The position numbers and the translations under genes were made by a program. A model generated the notes under the pieces. The model saw only the letters and a list, made by a program, of their open reading frames with translations, did no database searches and had not been told where the DNA came from. From assembly GCA_044892525.1 (NCBI GenBank), contig CM097885.1:26662001-26726000 (forward strand): a stretch of DNA of 64,000 nucleotides. The letters are read 5' to 3'. This document shows, piece after piece, positions 55,464-64,000 of this stretch (position 1 is the first letter of the stretch; each line of letters begins with the position of its first letter). This DNA comes from Schmidtea polychroa (Eukaryota).

Positions 55464-56411
55464 ATTCGTACTGGGTCCCTTGATCCACAAAAACAAACAT
55501 TGACACACTATATCCCGCGATTCACTAGCTAACAAAAGTTGGCATTGATTGAGCTTTTGTGAGAAAGCCCTAGTTGAATTGATGTTGCGATCCTCCTATA
55601 GCTACGCCTGAAGCATCTGTAGCGAGATATAATTCAGCATATCGGACCGAAAACGCTAAAGCTACTGTCTGCATTAGAGCATATTTGGAGTTATTAACAT
55701 CTTCTTTTCTTGCTTTTGTCAAAGTTTCAAAATCAAGCTTCGTACCATGTGTTAGACGCAATTAAATTCAAATCTTCTTCAAGCATTTATTTTTATAACA
55801 ACTTCAAAATTGTGTCGTTTACCAGCGTATTTAAACACCGAGGCGTGATAATTATTAATATTATTGTAATTACTGGTCCTACATTTAATTGATTTAATTT
55901 AATATAATTTAATATAATATGATATAATTTAATATAGAATTTAAATATAAAAATTTAACAGAAATAATTAATTCTACTAACTGATCTCACTTCTACCATT
56001 TAACCATAATAATTTTATATAGGGGTTTACTAACTCCTTACACCGTGCCTAATTGCAGTTAGAGGAGCCAGAATTTCAGAGCTGCTCTTAATAAATTGAT
56101 GATAGAAATTAATCATACCTACAAATGTGCGCATTGTGTTAATTTTTGAAATCTGTGAAAGTCTTTGACAGCTTTTACCTTCTCTAGTAGAGGTTTTAAT
56201 CATGATCCGCCTATAATATGCCCGAGTAAGGCTACTGATGACTGGCCAAAAGAGAATTTTGATTGATCGATGTGTAGATTTTGATCTTTAGGTCGACTGA
56301 AAATTTCTGATAAACGTTTGATAAATCTGTACAAATGTCTGTGAAGGCTTTCATAATGGTCTTAACTCTTTATTTTATTATAGTCATCCAAATATGTGGA
56401 ATTTGTTCGAT
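54860..56411 (-). pseudogene. Old Ty3/gypsy pol fossil (RT/RNase H/integrase pieces)
   Basis: TYLDD (~56385), LLGHII, FVGMINFY, LATDASGVAIGG, YDGPY; many stops. (TA)n at 55387-55460. Confidence 0.65.
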
Positions 56412-56644
56412 GTAATTATTAGGAGATTCATCCTGTAAAACATTAAAATCAGTTTTTGTTTCCATAAATTTTATTTCAGTAAATATCAGAATCAAATTAT
56501 ATCGTCTTTAAACTTTCTTATTTAAACAAATTTTCTACGAAGATATTTTTAATTAAAATATCTTCTTATTTTGTTTTTAAAAATTAATCTAAAATTTAAT
56601 TTTTAAAATTTTCAATTTAAAAATTTCTTCATCATAAAACTTCC

Positions 56645-59340
56645 TCATATCCCCCTTCTTAAGAAATTTTTAAGTTTTTCCACATTTCTTTCGATCCTTT
56701 TTCCATCTTCATTTCTTAAGATGTATCGTCTGTCATGCACTTTCTCTATCACTTTGTACGGACCTTCATACCTGTCCTGGCCTTTGTGGCGTGTTTCTAC
56801 TTTTACTAATACTTCTTCTCCTACATTGAATTTTCTCCTTGTTTGTTCTTCTAGTTCTTCCTTTATCGGTATTTCTTTGGACCCGTACCATTTTTCCCTG
56901 CTAATCTTTTTTCCAAAAACTATCTCTGCCGGGCTTTTCCCTGCCGTTTTTTGTTTGGTTGCATTTAAAGTGAATTCGACTTCTGGTAATATCTCTGCCC
57001 AATCCGTCTTCTTTCTATCCTGTAAAGTAGCATTTATCAAATCCCGTATTGTCCTGAATTGTCTTTCTATCTGACCGTTTGTTTGGTGATGGTATGGACT
57101 CGAAAAACATAATTTAATATCTAGCATCTTTGTGAATTCTCTCATCATTCCTGATTCAAACGCCTTTCCGCAATCAACTCTTATCTCCTTTGGGCATCAA
57201 AATCTTAAAATCCACTTTTCTAAAATCGTTTTCTTTATTGTTTCTTCGTCTTGTTTTGTTATCGCTGTCAAGACTTGATACTTACTATACTGATCTATTA
57301 TGCCCAATATATACTTCTTACGTCCTTTTGTTTCTGTCAACGGTCCACATATATCCACGAATATAACTTCGAACATTTCCTTCGAATCTTGTTTTTTTAC
57401 TGGTTCTTTCGTTGTTATTGTTAAAGCCTTAGTTTTTTGACAAATCTCACAACTTCGAACAATTTCCTGAATCTGACTCCACAGGTGTTTTCCAACATAT
57501 CTATCTTTCATATAATCGGCTATCTTCTCGACTCCAGCATGACACAATAGTCTATGTATTTCCTTTATTGTTTCTTGTAATAGTTCCGCCAATAGTTCCT
57601 TTCCTGTAATACAATATCCTTTCTCGTGGCTCGTCATCGAGTGTGATCCATACGCAATTACTCTTTCCTTTCCATCTTTATCTCTTTGTGAAAGTACTGC
57701 TCCAATGGTATCGAAACTAGCGTCGGTATCTAAAATGAACTCCTTTTTCAGATCCGGAAAACATAAGATTGGCGCCGTCGTGAGTGCTAATTTCAATCCC
57801 TCAAACACGCTATTCGTTCCTTCACTCCATTCTGATTTTTTGTTACTTGGTCCGCTACATAATTGTTCTAACATCCTTGCCTTCTTTGCATAATCACTGA
57901 TGAATCTTCTATAATAATTGCAAATACCTAAAAAGCTTCGGAGTTTCTTTACGCAATTAGGCTTCCCAAAGTTCTGTATGGCCTGAATTTTAGATGGATC
58001 TGTCTGTACTCCTTTCTTGCTGATTATGTGTCCTAAGAATCTGATTTCTTCCTTTATTATTTGGCATTTTTCTGGATTAATCCTTAGGCCTGCTTCCTCA
58101 ATCGCCTTTAACACTTCTCCGAGTATTGTATAGTGTTTCTCTTTACTGCTTGAATAAATCAAGATGTCGTCCAAATACACCATTGCTCCCTTTATTTTGC
58201 CTAATACTTTTGTCATCATTTCTTGGAACGTACCTGGTGCTGCTGCAATTCCAAACGGCATTCTGTTGAAACAATATTGTCCGTTCTTTGTTGAGAAAGC
58301 TGTTTTCTCCTGTGATTCTTCTTCTAGTTCCACTTGGTAATATGCATTACCTAGATCGATTGAGCTGAAAAAGACGGATCCTCCTAACAAATCCAACATC
58401 TCGTCTATATTTGGCATTGGAAATGCCTGCCTCTCTGTTACCGCGTTCAGCTGTCTAAAGTCCAAGCATAGTTTAATATCCTTTTTCTCTTTTTTCCATA
58501 CACATATTAGCGGTGTATTCCATGGAGAGTTACATTTCCGTATAATTCCATTTTCGAACAAATTTTGTATTGCTTCTTCAATCTTTGATTCCAAATTTAG
58601 TGGTTGGCGATATGGTTTTATGTTTATCGGCTCACCTCTTGTAACTATCTTGTGTTTTACCAAATGTGTGCGACCCACATCCCATTTATCTGCCATAAAC
58701 ACGTTTCCACTGTTTGTTATAATTTCCTTTAATTTGCTATCTTCATTGATCTTTAACTGTTCCAACGCTCGTATCAATCGTTCTTCATCCTTTATTTTTC
58801 TGCCAAATTTTGCTTCAATGTTACAAATATAGTTCTTGTCTTTTTCACTAGCCTCGATATCTTTAATTTTTAACAGTCTAAATCCAAATATTTCTTGTAA
58901 TTCGATTCCTCCAATCACATCTGGTGTCACTTTCTCCGCCACAATGAATATAACTTCCTTCGAAACATTTCCAATGGTTACTTGCACCTTCGTTTTTCCT
59001 ATTGTCTCGATCGTACTCTCGTTTGCGCATCGTAACTTATCGTCACTTTTCGTCAATTGTTGTCCTCGTAGCTTGTTAAAACAGTTGACACTCATTACAT
59101 TGATTCTTGCACCAGTGTCTAATAAACATTCGAAATTTTCCCATTCATCCTTACTATTATACTAGGCCTTCCTTGCATTTTGTTATACAAAATTTCAACA
59201 ACCTGCTCCGTTTCAATGGTTCCAATTCTTTCCACTTCCTCTTCAAACATTTCTCTCTTTAGGAACCTGTATACTTTCTCGCTTACCCTTCCAGCATTCT
59301 CCCACTTTTCTGCCCCTTGAGGATATCCCATCAAATTTTC
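56645..59340 (-). pseudogene. pol (PR-RT-RNaseH-IN), disrupted
   Basis: LLDTGA, LCLDFRQLN, YLDD, DTDAS, HHCC finger, ERQFRT, GPY. Frameshift at ~59140, stop at 57197, RNase H C-half deleted at ~57590. Confidence 0.92.
56650..56660 (-). promoter_or_regulatory. Polypurine tract
   Basis: AAGAAGGGGGA immediately 5' of the 3' LTR on the minus strand. Confidence 0.85.
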
Positions 59341-59342
59341 TG

Positions 59343-60437
59343 TTAGAATATGGCTCCAACCAACTCATCTACTGGTGGAGCCCCGTTGTTTGGGTACGTC
59401 TTCCTAAAATTATCTTCATTTGTCTCTACACACGATTCCCTTTCTTCTTCTTCCTCGATACCATTTATCCGACTGTATCTGTTTCCCGTGAATCTTTGTC
59501 TCTCCGTCGCTCTCCCGTACCTCATCTTTGTATAACACTCCTCGGATCTATGACCATTTCTGCTACATCTTTCACAACGTATTTCCTGACACAATCTTCT
59601 TATATGACCTTCTTTCCCACACCCAAAACATCTTGGAGCTTTTTTATCTGGACAGTTTCTACTTATATGTCCGCTTCTATGACATGTCCAGCATTCTATT
59701 TTACCTTTTATTGGACAATCAATTTTCGTGTGTCCTATTTTGTGGCATAACCAGCATTCTGGCATTTCTCTTCGGATACTTTCTTCTCTCTGTTCTTTCT
59801 TCTTGTATTGTACTCTTCTATGTGGTTCCTGATAGACCACTCTGGCGTAACTTTTCATACTGTTTATCTGATCTCTTTGCTTGTCTACTTTGTCCATCTG
59901 AATTAGTGTTTCCTTTATTTCTTCTGTGCTTTTTATCTTCCGTAGTATCACTTCTTTCTCCACTTCTTTATTCTCCGCACATACTATTAACATCCTTGCT
60001 GTTAATTTCTCTTTGGTAAATTCTTTATTTTCAAACAACCTAACAACAAGGTCCTCCACCTTTTTAAAATACGTTTCTATTTCTTCACCCTTCCGCTTGT
60101 AATTCAACAAGTTTTGTAGATCCTTTAAAACATCTCTTTCGCGATCGAATTCCAATCGCAACCTAGCCTGGAATCCTTCGGCTTTTTTCAGTGTTTTGGC
60201 ATACACTTCCAGGAGATCCTCATCAATCATGCAAGATGTTAATCTTTCCTGATCTTTCTTCTGCGTGATTCCCTTGGCGTCGAAATAAATTTCGCATCTT
60301 TTAATGAACTTTTCCAAGTCGTCACCTTGGCAGAATACCTTTGGTAGCAATCTTTCGGTGATTGCGTCAGTGTTCACCGCTGCCACCATATTAGGAGGTT
60401 CATCCTGTAAAACATTAAAATCAGTTTTTGTTTCCAT
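59343..60437 (-). CDS. gag: gag with four CCHC zinc knuckles
   Basis: CWLCHKIGHTKIDC, CWTCHRSGHISRNC, CFGCGKEGHIRRLC, CERCSRNGHRSEEC. First ATG (60437) lies inside the 5' LTR. Confidence 0.9.
   Translation of the reverse strand: METKTDFNVLQDEPPNMVAAVNTDAITERLLPKVFCQGDDLEKFIKRCEIYFDAKGITQKKDQERLTSCMIDEDLLEVYAKTLKKAEGFQARLRLEFDRERDVLKDLQNLLNYKRKGEEIETYFKKVEDLVVRLFENKEFTKEKLTARMLIVCAENKEVEKEVILRKIKSTEEIKETLIQMDKVDKQRDQINSMKSYARVVYQEPHRRVQYKKKEQREESIRREMPECWLCHKIGHTKIDCPIKGKIECWTCHRSGHISRNCPDKKAPRCFGCGKEGHIRRLCQEIRCERCSRNGHRSEECYTKMRYGRATERQRFTGNRYSRINGIEEEEERESCVETNEDNFRKTYPNNGAPPVDELVGAIF
60375..60388 (-). promoter_or_regulatory. Primer-binding site, tRNA-Leu type
   Basis: TGGTGGCAGCGGTG directly after the 5' LTR, complementary to a tRNA-Leu 3' end (...CACCGCTGCCACCA). 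Confidence 0.8.
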
Positions 60438-61251
60438 AAATTTTATTTCAGTAAATATCAGAATCAAATTATATCTTCTTTAAACTTTCTTATTTAAACT
60501 AATTTTCTACGAAGATATTTTTAATTAAAATATTTTCTTATTTTGTTTTTAAAAATTAATCTAAAATTTAATTTTTAAAATTTTCAATTTAAAAATTTCT
60601 TCATCATAAAACTTCCTCATAGTAATGGAACGAGAAATAACATATCAAAGATTGACACTAGCAAATAAACTTTTGAAAGAGTTAATAAAAAATATGAGAG
60701 ATTACATGAAACACTATTTATGGTCGAGCAAAAGTACAATGGAACAGAAGATAAATTAAGATATGTGAAAAAAGAAGCAAATTTACAATAAATAAAATAT
60801 ATTAAATAATTTCTATTTATTTAATTTTGTATCCTTTAAATCAATTTTTAGACATGCAGTTGCTTGTCATTTATTTTGAGTCAAAATACTTTCAAAATTT
60901 TCATTTCTATTTTATATCTTTATTCGATATTTATGATGTGATGGAATAATTATCGAAGAGTTAAAAATTATTTATCAAATTGTAACAAAATAATAAAAAT
61001 ATTGCTACAGAGTAATCAAATATTAAAGTGAATTACAGCAGATATACCATTGGAAATATTCCGTTACTGTTTGGAGATCAGATTCAAGAACATTTAAATT
61101 TGTTGGGCAATAAATAAGCAAGAAATATTGCATTATTTTGTCCAGCCAAATCCTTTTAATTATGTTTTTTGTAGTTTGTTATCCGTAAAAGGTATCATCA
61201 GATTCATGTTCATTTTCGACAATGGTTGATTTCATTATGTAATTAAGATAT

Positions 61252-61690
61252 AGTAGTTGAGGTTGGTGTGTGTGTGTGTGTTGTACTATAGAGTAATTAA
61301 TAGTACTGGACTCTCACTGTGAGAGTCTCACATAATATCAGTCAGTGTGTTTGTGTGTTTGTGTTGTTACTAGGTGGAGACAGTTAGCAACCAGTGACCA
61401 CTAAGTATGACGACACAGTAACCATGGACAGTATATTGAGTCATCAGTACGTGGTCAGTTAGCAACATGTTTGTATATGACGTAATGAGACCGCGATTGG
61501 TCAGTTATTAACAATATGTGTATTACGTAAAGGTCACACGAACGGTCAGTTATCAACAGTGTGTGTGTATTATGTAAATGTCACGCGTGAGATCAAATAG
61601 CAACTACATTTATATTATGTAATAGCCACGCGAATGGTAAGTTAGCAATAGTATGTATATTACATAATCGGTCATTATTCTGTAATCACA
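61252..61690. repeat. TG-rich tract plus ~47-55 bp minisatellite
   Basis: About six GGTCAGTTAGCAAC...TATTACGTAA...CACGCG-like units; palindrome GACTCTCAC-T-GTGAGAGTC at ~61310. Confidence 0.7.
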
Positions 61691-63052
61691 ATACCCCCTT
61701 GTATCTGGCGGGCTTTGAAAAATTATATCTCCCTCCGTAATCGCCATCTTTAAATCCTATTGAGAATATGTTTACAAAATGAAAAAATAGTCATAAGAGT
61801 GAATCCGCTCAACGAGATATCATTGATGATGTCTATATAAAAAGCAGGTACCTTGCTAACTACTAGCGATTGTGAAGGTTATTGTAGACATGTTTTTTCA
61901 TATAAATCCACTTGTACGGATTCAGAGGTTATTGAATATTGAATGGTTTTGCTTATTAAAAATTATGTCATTAATCGTTTGAGGACGGAATTAATTTTAA
62001 TAAGTAGTATTTTGATATATTATTTTTTAGCACAAAATCTTTTAGTATACGAATGCCCGATATCGTGGTATGATTTTTTTAAAGTTTGGCCAGCACTGCT
62101 GGCCATTATACATTGTAAAACATCTGGAACAAAATTTGTGGCCAGTAGTGCTGGCCTACCGTCCGCAACCGGTTAATAAATAATATATGAAATCTTAATA
62201 GTGGGTCACAGGTAATCCACATTTTACCCGTTCGTGCCATTTCCGACGCAACCCAAGACATAAAGACTTGTTTAATCATTCGATGCTCGTTGAGGCATCA
62301 ACGTTGATAATATGTTGTATGGGCAAATACTGGCGAGACGTGAGTGTACCTCTGTACACTATAATCGCCGAGCATTCGAATGGGTTCATGGGCTGCCGAT
62401 AAAAGGCCTGTACCCGACTTCAGTTAGGTCCCCTTACTTTATTCTCCATTGACGCGAACCTTAGAAGATCTGCTTCCCTATTGCTTTTAAATCTTTCACT
62501 TGAAAAACGCGACCACACAATACACAAGTTTATTACTATATCCACACATTGTTTAAGTGACTGTCAGTCATATGAGTCAAGAACAAGTTGAGCGCCTCGA
62601 GATTCGGGTTTCTTTGAAAGTAAAGTTAAAATTTACTTTTGAAATTTTGACAGGGATCTGCCCTTATTTTATTCATTTAAGCATGATGATCTGACCTATG
62701 ACTTCAACTTATATGATTGATATTACTCTGGTATTTCTATTGTGTTCTGTTAGGAATTTGAGTCTAGAATAGTTTAAATGCTCGTTAATCAAATACTCAA
62801 TCAAATACAAATAGTAAGTTTGATCTACAAAATTATTCCTCAGAATTGGTTCACAAATGTGATTCACAAAATGAAAAAATAATACGTTTGAGTTCAACTC
62901 TTTTTACTAACTAAAATCGAGTTTTACTCGAAATAAATAATGGAATTAGAATTTCCTGAAAATCAAATTAGTTGAACAGAGTCTATGAGCCTGTTTAATT
63001 ATTTTGTTTCTAGGGAAAATGCCGTTTACCAAATTGTTTTACTGAGAGATAT

Positions 63053-63408
63053 TGTTGCGTGATCCAATTATTTTGAAAGAGAGAAACCTATACAGAGGAG
63101 TGACATTGTAAAACAGTTGTCAGTTTGGTCGAGAACAGAAAAGAGAAGAACTCAAAGAACAGTCGATAAGAAAGAAGAGCTAATTGATCAATAAAAAGTA
63201 CTTAACAAAAATACATAAACGGTTTCCGTTTAGTATAACTACGTATAATATATCTTTAAAAAGAGTAGATCAATTTGAAGTGTAGTTAGCGATATTGCAA
63301 AATTGTTTTGAAATTGAATAAAATATTTTGTGTTGTTTTAGTCGATTATTTGAAACAAAGAGCACAAGAAGTCAGACTCTTTACCTACTTTACGATAGTA
63401 ACCCAACA
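63053..63408 (+). mobile_element. Probable solo LTR (356 bp)
   Basis: TGTTG...TAACCCAACA ends like the 49872-50857 LTR. Flanks ATAT/GTAT match at 3 of 4 positions. Confidence 0.5.
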
Positions 63409-64000
63409 GTATTTATTTTTCTTCCAAACAGTGAATTTCTCTATCCACTTATAGTGTAAGAAATCGTTGATTTTAAGTTTTTGCTAAGGCTCATAAACAC
63501 ACATTTATTATATGTATGAGTAATTTATATTATTGAATCTTTAAATCAATGTCATTTTTGTCATCAACAATAGCGTTTTTGTATATTGATCCAATAATAA
63601 TTTGTAAGTTTTAACTATAATACATAAACATATTTGATATAGGTTAGTTTTATTTTTATTGTTGAAACGCTAAATATGTAAATTACCCGCATCAATTTCG
63701 GTTTTGGTGTAAATAAAATTATACTAAAAATATAACAAGAGAAGTCTAATATACATATATTCTTGTTGAAATAAATAGAGCTCGAAAAATATAAATCTAT
63801 ATCAGAAAATTTTAAATGTTTATCTAACATACGTAAAATCACTAAAATATTTAAATAAATATGTAAACATGTATATAAATTTCTCTAAAATAATAATAAA
63901 ATTCTAATAATAATCTTCACAGACACCTCGATATAAAATATGATGCGTAATCAATCAAAATCATCCAATTAAAATAATTCAGTTAAATCAACTTTTATAT

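Larger units (their letters stand above)
56417..60621 (-). mobile_element. Ty3/gypsy LTR retrotransposon with both LTRs, 5-bp TSD GTAAT
   Basis: 233-bp LTRs at 56417-56649 and 60389-60621 (4 differences). TSD at 56412-56416 and 60622-60626. PBS and PPT present. Confidence 0.95.

Noticed and set aside
61375..61690. CRISPR-like repeat array
   Set aside because: Eukaryotic context, degenerate repeats, related rather than unique spacers, no cas genes.

Overview
AT-rich eukaryotic DNA with (AAT)n and (TA)n microsatellites and 43-57 nt introns. This is consistent with a planarian-like flatworm genome (inference, not verified). Two host genes are supported. One is an intronless deoxyhypusine hydroxylase-like gene whose two substrate-binding glutamates are both substituted. 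The other is a complete 12-exon V-ATPase subunit C gene that the ORF track misses. The rest is mostly mobile DNA. It includes the 3' end of a putative giant LTR retroelement with coiled-coil and env-position ORFs and a ~4.3 kb LTR-like unit that itself encodes an AT-hook protein, plus a related ~3 kb LTR-like unit. It also includes a decayed Polinton/Maverick structural module with a PLA2-integrase fusion and pPolB remnants interrupted by a 28S rRNA fragment and a solo LTR. Finally there is a complete hAT element with 8-bp TSD, several hAT/mariner fossils and MITEs, and a young Ty3/gypsy element with TA...TA LTR ends. All calls were made by eye; no database searches were run.
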